Shown in pieces: positions 1-9,539 of a stretch of DNA of 64,000 nucleotides (positions are counted from its first letter, which is position 1; each line of letters begins with the position of its first letter). The stretch spans positions 23,986 to 87,985 of the IMG/VR virus record IMGVR_UViG_3300028549_000249; one strand, given 5' to 3'. The stretch comes from a virus. Lineage: Duplodnaviria; Caudoviricetes. The position numbers were made by a program, and so were the translations under genes. Under the pieces are notes generated by a model. The model was not told the DNA's origin. It ran no database searches and worked only from the letters and a program-made list of their open reading frames with translations.

Positions 1-1
1 C

Positions 2-379
2 GAGGACCCAGACGTCTGCGACTTCGTGATCCGCTGCCCAGAGTCCTACTATGACGTCGGTCTCATCCGCCACGAAGACGGACACTACGTCCCCTACTTC
101 GATAACTATCAGAGTGGTCCACGCGACACTCCTGAGTTCCACACTGGCAAGGAATCGGGTCCGATCTCTAACACGCTTGGGACAGGCAAGGGCGGGAATG
201 CTGGCCACTGGAACGGTCTGCGGGATTCCTCTGACGTCGTGCTCCATAGCATCGGCAAGTTCCTCCAAGAATACACCAAGGAGGCAACCATCGAAGCCGC
301 CTGCGCTGCGGGCCAGTCCATCGAATCCATGACAACGGACGATGATGGCAACATCCACCTCGTCCTTTCTGTTGACTGA
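2..379 (+). CDS. DUF1257-like protein (5'-truncated by window edge)
   Basis: Frame open from base 2 (EDPDVCDFVIRC..YDVG; GKFLQEY..EA; DGNIHLVL); next to a DUF2997-like ORF as is typical. Confidence 0.6.
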   Translation, partial: EDPDVCDFVIRCPESYYDVGLIRHEDGHYVPYFDNYQSGPRDTPEFHTGKESGPISNTLGTGKGGNAGHWNGLRDSSDVVLHSIGKFLQEYTKEATIEAACAAGQSIESMTTDDDGNIHLVLSVD

Positions 380-411
380 TTCTCACCAAACAACTCTAAC
401 AGAATAAGACC

Positions 412-615
412 ATGAGTAAATCAGTAACAGTCAAGATCGATGTCCTAGGTCGCCCGACCATCGAAGCGGTAGGCTTCTCCGGTTACGGGTGCAAGCAGGC
501 CACACAGCACCTCGTAGATGCGCTGTCGCATCGTGGCGAAGGAATTGTCGAAGTCGAGAAGCCAGAGCTTCACTACGCCGAAGAAGAGCCCCAAGAGATG
601 CACTTGGGAATGTAA
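412..615 (+). CDS. DUF2997-like protein
   Basis: VTVKIDVLGRPTIEAVGFSGYGCKQAT..L pattern; 67 aa. Confidence 0.6.
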   Translation: MSKSVTVKIDVLGRPTIEAVGFSGYGCKQATQHLVDALSHRGEGIVEVEKPELHYAEEEPQEMHLGM

Positions 616-640
616 CCTAACAACGAAGGAACTCCACACC

Positions 641-1057
641 TTGTCCCAAGTAATTACCATCTCGCCCGTCGGTTCCATCCTCGCCCTCAAAGCCAAGCGC
701 GGCGAAGGTCTGGACCTCCGCTCTCTCGGTCCTGTTGAAATCAGGCGCGTCACCATGATTGAGTTCTCTGAGACCTATCAGCTGTGGATGATCCGCTGGG
801 AGGATTGTATGGGGAACGCCATTTGGACTGTCGGCCACCTACGCTCGTTAGGTGTGTCGGTCCTCCTGACCCCAACATGCACCACAGTCGGAAACGCCCA
901 CTATCGATACGTCAATGTCGATTGCGCTCACATCCTCGGAAGGACGGACACCAGCCTCGAAGACGGGGTGATCTCCTTCCTAGAATATGAGGATGCCGTT
1001 GCCGTGGAAGTGGCAGTGATCAAACAGCTTCAACTCTCAGGAAAATTTGTTCGGTAA
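641..1057 (+). CDS. hypothetical protein
   Basis: ORF 518..1057; TTG start at 641 is a guess. Confidence 0.5.
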   Translation: MSQVITISPVGSILALKAKRGEGLDLRSLGPVEIRRVTMIEFSETYQLWMIRWEDCMGNAIWTVGHLRSLGVSVLLTPTCTTVGNAHYRYVNVDCAHILGRTDTSLEDGVISFLEYEDAVAVEVAVIKQLQLSGKFVR

Positions 1058-1072
1058 TTGTGGAGTTCCGTC

Positions 1073-1109
1073 AAAAAAAAGCTCGGTGGGGATTCCTCCT
1101 CACCGAGCT
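1073..1109 (-). terminator. hairpin with A-tract on its 5' side (terminator for minus-strand or bidirectional transcription)
   Basis: A8-AGCTCGGTG...CACCGAGCT, 9-bp stem. Confidence 0.4.
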
Positions 1110-1224
1110 AAGTTTAACATGAAACTGGAACGCAAAACCAGTTGGCCACAAACTACTCGAAATATCGCTCCAGTCAAAGCAATTCTTTACCCTGACCGAC
1201 CTTCATGGTTGAATCTCAAACCGC

Positions 1225-2625
1225 ATGAATAATCCCAAGGAACGCAATCCTTCACTCTCATCGCCTGTCTTCTACCGCGACTGGTCTCAGACCATAGACC
1301 GCCTCTGGCAGGGGCACCTCACCCCATTCGAGTTCGCGATTATACGCTTCATCTTCGACCGCACCGTGGGGTGGGGTAAGGAGTGGGAAAGGATACCACT
1401 CCGCCATTTTACAGAGGGCGTGATTTCTAAAGATGACAAGTGCCACGGGCGCTCATGCCTCAAGCCGACGGCGGTGAAGGCTGCGCTGGCTTCTCTGAGC
1501 GAAAAGGGAGCCATCCTGATCCAGCACGAATCCAACTGTAACCACTACTCCCTCAACTACGAATGGACCCCTATGAAGACCCCAAAACGATTGAAAACAG
1601 CCGAGAAGGAGGATTCTCTTAGTTGGTCGGATGGCGACTATCCCGTTGGTCGCGTGGCGACTAACTGCAAGTCGCGTGGCGACCATCATAAGAGGGATAA
1701 AGGAAAGAGCCTTCGGAAACCTCAAGATGCCGCAACCGCTGACGCGGTTGACGTATCTTCGGGAAGGGGAGAGATGAAAATCGAAACCAGAGCAGAACTG
1801 GAAGCATCGCTGAAGAAGGTCGAGTCCGCTTCTCGTGCAAAGCGGGATGCAAAGAAGCAGGATGGTAAACTCATCCGAGGTGACTCCGGTCGGGTCCCGT
1901 CCCTTTCCGCCATGAGACGAATCTGGGCCGACTTTCACTCCGCGCACTGCAAGCAGGTGCCTCACACTGCACTACCTAACAAATCACTGTTCATGCTCCA
2001 GTCTTACGCGAAGGAGTGGAACCTCCGCCATGAGGGTGTCGAGTGGGTGGACTTCCTTGGATGGGTGTTCGAGAACTGGGATGCGATCACCCGCACCTCG
2101 TTCCGGTGGATGTCACCAAAGCCGATCTGCCCTGATCCTCATCTCGTCGCCTCAGCGAAGCTCCGAGTCTATCTGGAGGATGGATGGAATCACCGCGAAA
2201 CCATTAGGGCCATCTATGCGCTCCCACCAAGGGAACGTGAGATCCGGTTTCTTATGTTAGAGCGCGGGATGTCTCGTGAGGTAGCCGAGAAGTGGGCCAC
2301 GGCGCGGAAGGATCAAGATGCCAAGATCGATGAGTTGGCTGCCGAGCATCGCAAGCTGGAAGTCGCCAAGAAATCGTTAGCCCTTGAGCGGACTGCGATG
2401 AGTGCTACAGCACGACGCATCAAGGATCAAATTGACCGTCGGTCAAGTGAGCGGGCGGGTCTGAATGCCATGACCGAAGAGGATGAGGCTTCCATCGAAG
2501 AGGGCATGAGGATCGGTCTCCGCAAGCGGCTGGCTGCCGACGCTAAAGAGCGCGAGAAGGAAGAGCATGTCAAAGCCCCTAGTCCGAAAATTGAGATCCC
2601 CATGTCATTCCCTAAGTGGGACTAA
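1225..2625 (+). CDS. replication initiator, lambda O-like N-terminal domain
   Basis: FAIIRFIFDRTVGWGKEWERIPLRHFTEG resembles the Phage_rep_O N-terminus; lies upstream of loader and DnaB. Confidence 0.6.
   Translation: MNNPKERNPSLSSPVFYRDWSQTIDRLWQGHLTPFEFAIIRFIFDRTVGWGKEWERIPLRHFTEGVISKDDKCHGRSCLKPTAVKAALASLSEKGAILIQHESNCNHYSLNYEWTPMKTPKRLKTAEKEDSLSWSDGDYPVGRVATNCKSRGDHHKRDKGKSLRKPQDAATADAVDVSSGRGEMKIETRAELEASLKKVESASRAKRDAKKQDGKLIRGDSGRVPSLSAMRRIWADFHSAHCKQVPHTALPNKSLFMLQSYAKEWNLRHEGVEWVDFLGWVFENWDAITRTSFRWMSPKPICPDPHLVASAKLRVYLEDGWNHRETIRAIYALPPREREIRFLMLERGMSREVAEKWATARKDQDAKIDELAAEHRKLEVAKKSLALERTAMSATARRIKDQIDRRSSERAGLNAMTEEDEASIEEGMRIGLRKRLAADAKEREKEEHVKAPSPKIEIPMSFPKWD
1626..1683. repeat. 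three iteron-like palindromic repeats inside the initiator gene (putative ori)
   Basis: GTCGGATGGCGAC 1626, GTCGCGTGGCGAC 1649 and 1671; 22-23 bp spacing. Confidence 0.55.
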
Positions 2626-2638
2626 CCTTCTAACAAAA

Positions 2639-3169
2639 ATGCAAAAAAGAACCGACGAACAAATCATTGAGGCACTCGCACTAGCTGGGGTGCCAAAACT
2701 ATACCGAAGAAAAGACGTAGGGTTAAAGGCGTCGTGTGGTGTGATCGGTAACTCGCTGTCTGAGTTGCTAAAGGCTGGAGGACATAGGGGTCTGCTAGAG
2801 GGCGGGGTGATCGAAATCCGTGGGACCTCTGTTGAGACTACAAAGGCATTCTACTTATTGGTTAGGGAGCTTGTAGTTCGTAACATGCCAGCGTCGGTGC
2901 TGTTCGCTGAGGACCTGCGTCCTTCTCGAATCACCGATGACATATACACTCAGCTTCTTGAGTATAAGATTCTAGCTGTGGAAGGGCTAACCCCGCATAA
3001 GTGCAATCCGTTCGGTGCCGAGGCTCAAACCGTGGAATATCGTCTCCGACGATGGTTGGATCAGGGTTTAGGTCTTATTATTTTGACCGATGGTCAAATT
3101 TCAGATTGCGGTGTGTGGAGCAAACGATTCTGTGATCTCCTCGAAGAAAGAAAAATCTCACTATTCTAA
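2639..3169 (+). CDS. degenerate DnaC/IstB-like helicase loader
   Basis: Between initiator and DnaB; GVPKLY, ILAVEGL, LIILTD fit the fold; no intact Walker A. Confidence 0.45.
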   Translation: MQKRTDEQIIEALALAGVPKLYRRKDVGLKASCGVIGNSLSELLKAGGHRGLLEGGVIEIRGTSVETTKAFYLLVRELVVRNMPASVLFAEDLRPSRITDDIYTQLLEYKILAVEGLTPHKCNPFGAEAQTVEYRLRRWLDQGLGLIILTDGQISDCGVWSKRFCDLLEERKISLF

Positions 3170-3171
3170 CA

Positions 3172-4440
3172 ATGTCAGCAGGAAAGAAATTCATACGGGC
3201 GGCGATTGAGGCTGGCGACCATAAGGCACTACGGAGAGCTGACCGTGATTGGTTCCGAGACGAGGAGCAGGCTGCCTTCGACTACGCCACCAAACACCTG
3301 AAGAATTACGGCTCCCTTCCCGCCGTGGATGTCATGGCAGCGGAGGGCCACCCTCTGCCTCCTACCAAAGGCAATGTTAGCACACAATACTGCTTGGATG
3401 TAGTTCGCCGACGCCATGCCTACAATGCCGTGAATGATCGGCACCCTCAGTTGGTCGAGTGCATGAAGAACAAAGACTTCGATGGTCTCCTCGACACGCT
3501 CCGAGTGATGAACAAAGAAGCGTCCTCCGTTCTCGAATCAGATAATTACGTCACCCTTAGTGAGGAGTTAGATGCTGTGGTGGCTGATTACCAGCAGGCC
3601 AAATACAATCCCGGACTTCAGGGCGTGGCGTTCGGCTGGAAGACGCTGGACGATGCCACAAGCGGAGCGCAGGGCGGTGACTTGATCGTGGTCGCTGGTA
3701 GGCCATCGTTAGGGAAGTCGTGGATGCTCTTGCAGATGGCGCGTCAGGCATCGTTGCAGGGGAAGAAGGTTTCCTTCACCTCCATGGAGATGAGCCTAAC
3801 CCAAATCGCCCGCCGCTGGCTGGGACTCCACATGGCAGTCAACCCTAACCTGATCAAGGAGGGCGAGTTGTCAACTTGGGGTGAGGAGCGGATGATGAAG
3901 ATGGTGGATGAGATTAAGGATGGCGCTCAGGTGAACTTGCTGGCGGGCGACATGAGCAAGAAGGTGTCCGGTATCGAAAACATGCTACTTGAGTTTGACT
4001 CAGACATCCTGTTCGTGGACGCCGCCTACTTGCTCTCCCCTTCCGGTGCGAAGAAGGGATACATCTCACGGTGGGAAGCGATCTCTGAGGTGGTCCGTGA
4101 ACTCAAGGCGCTCGCACTTCGGGTGAATAAGCCAATCGTGATCTCAGTCCAGTTTAACCGGAACCAGACTAACAACTCAACCAAGGAGCCTGACCTGTCG
4201 GACATCGCGGGTTCGGACTCCATCCCACAAGACGCGAGTATCGTGCTGGGTATCCGCAAAGGACCAGCGCCTAACCAGAATTGCCAGCGGATCATCGACT
4301 GCATGAAGAACCGAGAAGGTGACACACCGCGCTTCGCCACCGCCTTCTCATTCGCTCCAGTCAACTTCGATGAGGTGCCTCTGGTATCTGGTAACGATAA
4401 CACCGCCGCTGAGACCTTCGACTCGTCGTGGATGGAATGA
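3172..4440 (+). CDS. dnaB: replicative DNA helicase, DnaB family
   Basis: VAGRPSLGKS Walker A, SMEMS, FVDAAY, VQFNR, DIAGSDSIPQDA. Confidence 0.95.
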   Translation: MSAGKKFIRAAIEAGDHKALRRADRDWFRDEEQAAFDYATKHLKNYGSLPAVDVMAAEGHPLPPTKGNVSTQYCLDVVRRRHAYNAVNDRHPQLVECMKNKDFDGLLDTLRVMNKEASSVLESDNYVTLSEELDAVVADYQQAKYNPGLQGVAFGWKTLDDATSGAQGGDLIVVAGRPSLGKSWMLLQMARQASLQGKKVSFTSMEMSLTQIARRWLGLHMAVNPNLIKEGELSTWGEERMMKMVDEIKDGAQVNLLAGDMSKKVSGIENMLLEFDSDILFVDAAYLLSPSGAKKGYISRWEAISEVVRELKALALRVNKPIVISVQFNRNQTNNSTKEPDLSDIAGSDSIPQDASIVLGIRKGPAPNQNCQRIIDCMKNREGDTPRFATAFSFAPVNFDEVPLVSGNDNTAAETFDSSWME

Positions 4441-4485
4441 ATGCTTGCAAAGGATTAAGACCTAGAACATGATACGCAAAACGCA

Positions 4486-7458
4486 ATGAATCAGAAAACG
4501 CACGGGAAAGTTAATATCTTGGAGGGCGCTAAAGGGACTGTCCTCGTGGTTGTGGACGCGCCACCATACAAGGCATACGAAACAGGGGCAGTGATGTCTA
4601 ACCCAGCAATGAAGTTGTTCGGGTCAATGATCAAGCCGCTGGGTTTCGCTGCCGAGGACTTCACATTCATCACTCCGTGCCCTCCGGTGCCTGAGGAGTT
4701 TCAGAAGTCAGAATCGAAGATCGGAAAGTTCCTCGAAGAGCATCGCTCAGAGTTTCTAACAGTGGTGTCACACTACGCAGCCAAAGCCCGTGCCGTGGTG
4801 GTGATGGGTAAGTGCGGGAACCGTCAACTTGCGGGAAAGCCCACTCCGGTCACGAAGGTAAGAGGAACCCTAACGACTAGAACTGCCACTGGCAACCTTC
4901 CGGTCATTCCTCTGTTAGGCCCAGCTCACGTAATGACTAGACCAGAGAACAAAGAGCTGTTTGAGTCAGACGTCAGATTGATCGGTGCCCTCCGTGACTG
5001 TAATTGGTCCGCCGACGAATACCGCTCTACTGGCGATACCACTGGCTATCAATGGTGCTTGGATCTGGCTCCGGTTATCGCGTCCAAGCCGAAGGGCATC
5101 GCTATCGACTGCGAGACCGTCGGTCTGGATTGGCACAAAGAGGGGTTCAGGGTCCTAACACTTAGTATCACTACCTCAGCCGGTAACGCCTTCGTGGTCC
5201 CGCTTGACGCCGAATACTTCAACGACCCGAAACTCCGAGGTGAATCCAGCAAGCACCTGCCACTTTTGACCGATGGTCAAATCGCAAAACTCAAGAAGCA
5301 GGCTAAGACCCTCTTCAAGGATGCGGACGTTAGCGTGGTGGGGCACAACCTCAAATTCGACATTCACTGTCTTCACGCCATCGGACTTGAAGTCGAGAAC
5401 TGGTATGCGGACACGATGCAGCTCGCCTTCACGGTGGATGAGAACATGATGTCCAAGAGCCTCACGGAATGCACTCGTCGGTGGGTGCCTGCTCTTGCCG
5501 GGTACTCCGACCTCTTCGATGCAAACACCGACAAGGCAAACATGCAGACCGTCCCGCACGATGAGATGCTGGAGTATGCGGGAGGTGATACAGACGCCAC
5601 CATTCGCCTCGCATCAATCCTCCTCAAAGAAGCCAAGCAGGACACCAAGAACTTCAATACGTTCCTGAAGGTGCAGATGCCGACGCTCCGCGCCTTTGTC
5701 GAAGTCGAACGCAATGGTCTCCTCGTGGACAAGGAAGCTCTCAGATCATTCGAGGCCGAGTTAGACGTCATGGAGATCGAGCTTTACCATGAGTTGATTT
5801 CCCTCGTGCCAAAGAAGGTCCTAGCAAAGCACGAGAAGGGGTGGTCCTTCGGTTCCTCCGCATTCGTCCGCGACATCCTCTTCAGCAAAGACGGGTTCAA
5901 CCTCAAACCTCTCGTCTTCACCAGCACCACGAAGCACCTCCCCTACTACGAGAGAATCCCTTCCACCTCCGCCAAGGACCACTTGCCCTTCTTCGAGGAC
6001 AACGAGTTTGTCCAGAAGCTCATGCGATACTCTAAGCTCTCCAAGATGAAGAGCACGTATGTCGGATCTGAAGGGCGAAAGACGATCAAGAAATTCAACC
6101 GGACTGCGGGTGGTGTGGTCCCCGCTAGAATCCAGAACTACCTCAACCCCTACGGCATCGAATTGCCGATCAGCAAGTCCTTCCGAAGACGCCGCCCGTT
6201 AGAAGGACTAAAGACTAAGTCTGGTCTCCCTCTCAATCTGCCGCTCACTATCAAAGTTTCGCTGAAACATGCGATCCGTGTCGATAAGTTCGGCAACATC
6301 GAAGAGCACCTCATCGACCCGCCGTCCGGCTTCTATCAGAACCTACGATACGGCAATACGATCCATGCATCGTTCCTCCTCCATGGCACAGTTACAGGAC
6401 GCACATCTAGCAGAAATCCTAACTTGCAGAACATCCCAAAGCGCGGAGAGCTTGCGAAGAAATTCAGGAAAATCTTCATCGCCCCTGAGGGCTACACTCT
6501 GTTAGAGGCTGACCTTAGCCAAGCGGAAATTCGAGTTGCCGGATGGATGGCAAACGACAAGGCGCTGATCGAAATCTACAAGAAGGGTGGTGACGTCCAC
6601 TCTGCTACTGCGGCGGTTGTCATGGACATCTCTGAGGCGAAGTTCCTCAAAGGGCGGAAGGATGAAACCCCCCTGATGTCCGTCTTAAACGAATGGCCGG
6701 GAGCGGGAACATGGGTCAAGTCGTTCGGCAACAATGAGCGTCAAAAACTAACAGTCGCTCAGTTCTGCGACTTCAAACGCTATCAGGCTAAGGCTGTGAA
6801 CTTCGGGTTCCTCTATGGGATGGGAGTCCACGGGTTCCGTCGCTACGCGAAGATTGACTACGGCATCGATCTAACACTCGAAGAAGCAGAAGACATCCAC
6901 AGCAAGTTCTTCGCCAAGTATTCGGGTCTCCGCGCATGGCATAAGGGCATGAAGGACTTTGTTGAGGCTAACAAATACGTCCGCTCGCTTCACGGTGCGC
7001 TACGCCGATTGCAGTCCGTGGATTCTGACGACGATGCGGTGCAGAGCGGTGCTGTTCGCCAAGCCGTGAACTCTCCAGTCCAACGCTTCGCCTCCGACCT
7101 CGGACTCATGGCTTTGCATCGTCTGGTGCGTGATGCTCCGAAGGATAAGATCAAGCCGATCATGTTCATCCACGACGCTATCGTGGTAGCCGTTCGTAAT
7201 GACTATATCGAAGAGGGTGCAGCCGCTCTGAAGTATTACATGGAGTCGCCTCCACTCGAAGAATGGTTCGGCATCAAAGCCCCGTTTCCGATTGTTTCAG
7301 ACGTCTCCTCCGGTGCTAACCTTGGAGCGATGGAAGAGAGTGAGGGCCTTGTAGCTAAGGCTCCGCCGTGGGCGTCCGCTGGAGAGTCAGAGCCGTCGCC
7401 CGCCCTTGCCGAGGCGTGGAGAAAGAAGAAGCGCAGGGGAATCATCCTAGCCGACTAA
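4486..7458 (+). CDS. polA: DNA polymerase family A with N-terminal uracil-DNA-glycosylase-like domain and 3'-5' exonuclease
   Basis: Exo IAIDCET / GHNLKFD / YAGGDTDAT; pol motifs ADLSQAEIR, KAVNFGFLYG, FIHDAI; N-terminal ~180 aa UDG4-like (VVVDAPP, FITPCPP). Confidence 0.95.
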   Translation: MNQKTHGKVNILEGAKGTVLVVVDAPPYKAYETGAVMSNPAMKLFGSMIKPLGFAAEDFTFITPCPPVPEEFQKSESKIGKFLEEHRSEFLTVVSHYAAKARAVVVMGKCGNRQLAGKPTPVTKVRGTLTTRTATGNLPVIPLLGPAHVMTRPENKELFESDVRLIGALRDCNWSADEYRSTGDTTGYQWCLDLAPVIASKPKGIAIDCETVGLDWHKEGFRVLTLSITTSAGNAFVVPLDAEYFNDPKLRGESSKHLPLLTDGQIAKLKKQAKTLFKDADVSVVGHNLKFDIHCLHAIGLEVENWYADTMQLAFTVDENMMSKSLTECTRRWVPALAGYSDLFDANTDKANMQTVPHDEMLEYAGGDTDATIRLASILLKEAKQDTKNFNTFLKVQMPTLRAFVEVERNGLLVDKEALRSFEAELDVMEIELYHELISLVPKKVLAKHEKGWSFGSSAFVRDILFSKDGFNLKPLVFTSTTKHLPYYERIPSTSAKDHLPFFEDNEFVQKLMRYSKLSKMKSTYVGSEGRKTIKKFNRTAGGVVPARIQNYLNPYGIELPISKSFRRRRPLEGLKTKSGLPLNLPLTIKVSLKHAIRVDKFGNIEEHLIDPPSGFYQNLRYGNTIHASFLLHGTVTGRTSSRNPNLQNIPKRGELAKKFRKIFIAPEGYTLLEADLSQAEIRVAGWMANDKALIEIYKKGGDVHSATAAVVMDISEAKFLKGRKDETPLMSVLNEWPGAGTWVKSFGNNERQKLTVAQFCDFKRYQAKAVNFGFLYGMGVHGFRRYAKIDYGIDLTLEEAEDIHSKFFAKYSGLRAWHKGMKDFVEANKYVRSLHGALRRLQSVDSDDDAVQSGAVRQAVNSPVQRFASDLGLMALHRLVRDAPKDKIKPIMFIHDAIVVAVRNDYIEEGAAALKYYMESPPLEEWFGIKAPFPIVSDVSSGANLGAMEESEGLVAKAPPWASAGESEPSPALAEAWRKKKRRGIILAD

Positions 7459-7584
7459 ATTTGAACGTCGGTCAAAACAATCATCTAGTCGTAAAATAAT
7501 CCTTGCAAAGGTTTCGCAGCTACGATACAGTAGATCATCGGTTGGGGATTCCCGCCGAAAATCAAACATCAATCCGCATCACCC

Positions 7585-8121
7585 ATGGCCACTAAACGCC
7601 TCATCACCCACGCTGATAACGCAAGTAATTCAGCACCACCTGTCCGCAAGCGCACTCGCCTGATTGAAGGCGGCTCCGCCCCTACGGGCAAGGCAACTAC
7701 CAAGACCGCCTCAGTAGTAGCTAAGTCGATCGAAGCTACTCCAGTCATGCGAGAGCTTGCCACCTCTCACTTCTTCGCCAACGAAGAGGCTAACAAGCAG
7801 GCTGGTATTGCCAAGAAAGCACGGACTGAGCTATTCGCCGAGATGCTCAAAGTCGGGATCAAAGCGTTCACCGCCCCTGTCGAAGTCATTTCCAAGGCTG
7901 GCAAGATGAACCTCGTCTTGAAGGCTGAGATTGCTGCCGGACGGAATACGACTGTCATTGACACCGATAAGCTCCGCGCCCTCGTGGACGAGGCTACGTT
8001 CCTCAAGATCGTTAAGGCAACCGTGACCGATGTCACCAAGTTCGCAGGGACCGAAATCGTGGCACAATGCGGCGTCACCGTCGCAGGGGCCGAGAACGTG
8101 TCAGTCAAGCCCGCCAAGTAA
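7585..8121 (+). CDS. hypothetical protein with basic N-terminal extension
   Basis: 178-aa ORF behind the promoter at 7503. Confidence 0.75.
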   Translation: MATKRLITHADNASNSAPPVRKRTRLIEGGSAPTGKATTKTASVVAKSIEATPVMRELATSHFFANEEANKQAGIAKKARTELFAEMLKVGIKAFTAPVEVISKAGKMNLVLKAEIAAGRNTTVIDTDKLRALVDEATFLKIVKATVTDVTKFAGTEIVAQCGVTVAGAENVSVKPAK

Positions 8122-8159
8122 ACCTAACCGGAGGTTCAACCCCTCCGCCACCTATACTT

Positions 8160-8885
8160 ATGTTAGACCTAACTCTCGAAACCATCCTCGAATCCATCCT
8201 CACCCCAAGGACCTACAGTGTAGCTCCTGATGCGTGCGCCCGTGCAACCGTCGCTATCGACACCAGCCTAAACACATGCTCGAAGTCGTGCTCGTGCTGT
8301 GACTCCACTGCCGTTTGCTTGAAGACCGTTCGCAGCCTTGCTCAGTTCGCGTGCGAGGGTCCGCTTGTCGATTCCGAGCTGCACGGCTACAAACATTGGA
8401 TGAGTGTCTACCGCAATGCGGTGATGGTTGCCGAGGTCGCAGGTCTCCACACGTTCAGCCCCTACGCCGCAGAGGTCTCCCCTGATCTCGACTTTACCGC
8501 CGTGGCAATCCTGTTCGCGCTCTTCCACGACTGCCGACGCAACGATGATGGTCATGATGTCACCCATGGAGCGTTCGGCGCTCACGCCCTGCTCTCTTAT
8601 GTCAACAGCGGTAAGCTGGAGTTTACTGATGAGGTGATGGCAGCGGTGATGGCGTGCTCCGCGCATACCGTAGTCGAAACCCCAGCCTCCGACCTTGGAT
8701 TCACTGGAACTGAGTGGCTCGACAATCCTCTGATTACAGCCGCCGTAGGGATGTGCTTGGATGCTGACCGCATCGATCTTCGCCGCCTAGGGATCGAACC
8801 CAACCCTCGTTTCCTCTACCATAAGGCAGCCACCCTGTCCGTCTATTCAACTCTAACAAAGAACGAACCTATCTGTGGATTCTGA
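8160..8885 (+). CDS. HD-domain phosphohydrolase
   Basis: HGYKHW..V, LFHDCRR..D..D..HG, H-T, CLDADRIDL. Confidence 0.85.
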   Translation: MLDLTLETILESILTPRTYSVAPDACARATVAIDTSLNTCSKSCSCCDSTAVCLKTVRSLAQFACEGPLVDSELHGYKHWMSVYRNAVMVAEVAGLHTFSPYAAEVSPDLDFTAVAILFALFHDCRRNDDGHDVTHGAFGAHALLSYVNSGKLEFTDEVMAAVMACSAHTVVETPASDLGFTGTEWLDNPLITAAVGMCLDADRIDLRRLGIEPNPRFLYHKAATLSVYSTLTKNEPICGF

Positions 8886-9153
8886 GCCGTCAAGTGAGCC
8901 TTCAACCGAACTGGTGCTGTGTGGTCTGTCGGACGATTGCGATGGTGACCCAAGCCGAGTCTATCTGGTCCGTCCGATCTTCCTTAGAGCGGACAACGAT
9001 AAGTCCTTCGTTGGCGGTGGTCTCAGCTTTGTGTCATGCTGTGTCGGCAACGTCGCAGCCGACTGTCACCTTGCATGGCAGCCCTTGTTTGAGAATTGCA
9101 CGGGGTTTATGATTCGAGAAGTAACTGAAGACGTAGCCACATTACCGAAATGA
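8875..9153 (+). CDS. hypothetical protein
   Basis: Fills the gap and overlaps both neighbours; start uncertain. Confidence 0.4.
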   Translation: MDSEPSSEPSTELVLCGLSDDCDGDPSRVYLVRPIFLRADNDKSFVGGGLSFVSCCVGNVAADCHLAWQPLFENCTGFMIREVTEDVATLPK

Positions 9154-9539
9154 AAAAGCAAACTATAATCGCGCCTGAGGATGGGTGGAAGCCTAACTCC
9201 TTGTATCTCGTGGACGTTAGCTACAACCCTAACAATCCAGTCCACCGCTCCTACCTCTACACTGGATTCCTGAACGGGAAGGATGGAGGTCCGGGAGGCT
9301 ATCACTCTATCTGGAATGCGTCTTACGATCCACTCAAGATCGAGGATGCTTACTTCCTTCGTGCCGTCCGGCTGATCTCCGAGAACGAACTGGTGGGTGG
9401 TGAGTGCCGCCTTCCCGATGACGTCATTGCCGAGATTGAGCATTTCAAGGTCGCTGAATGGGAGTGTGACAAGTGCGGGACCACCAACGGGCCAGTAGAG
9501 AAGCTGTGCCATCAATGCGAGGAACCAAGGAATGACTGA
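9150..9539 (+). CDS. hypothetical protein with C-terminal RanBP2-type zinc finger
   Basis: WECDKCGTTN....LCHQC. Confidence 0.7.
   Translation: MKKQTIIAPEDGWKPNSLYLVDVSYNPNNPVHRSYLYTGFLNGKDGGPGGYHSIWNASYDPLKIEDAYFLRAVRLISENELVGGECRLPDDVIAEIEHFKVAEWECDKCGTTNGPVEKLCHQCEEPRND

Noticed and set aside
6075-6340. Mini-intein or intron in polA
   Set aside because: No Cys/Ser start, TxxH or HN end; reading frame is continuous
8130-8152. tRNA/tmRNA 3' end (GGAGG-TTCAACC-CCTCC T-arm-like)
   Set aside because: No acceptor or D/anticodon arms and no CCA at the proper spacing; probably a simple intergenic hairpin
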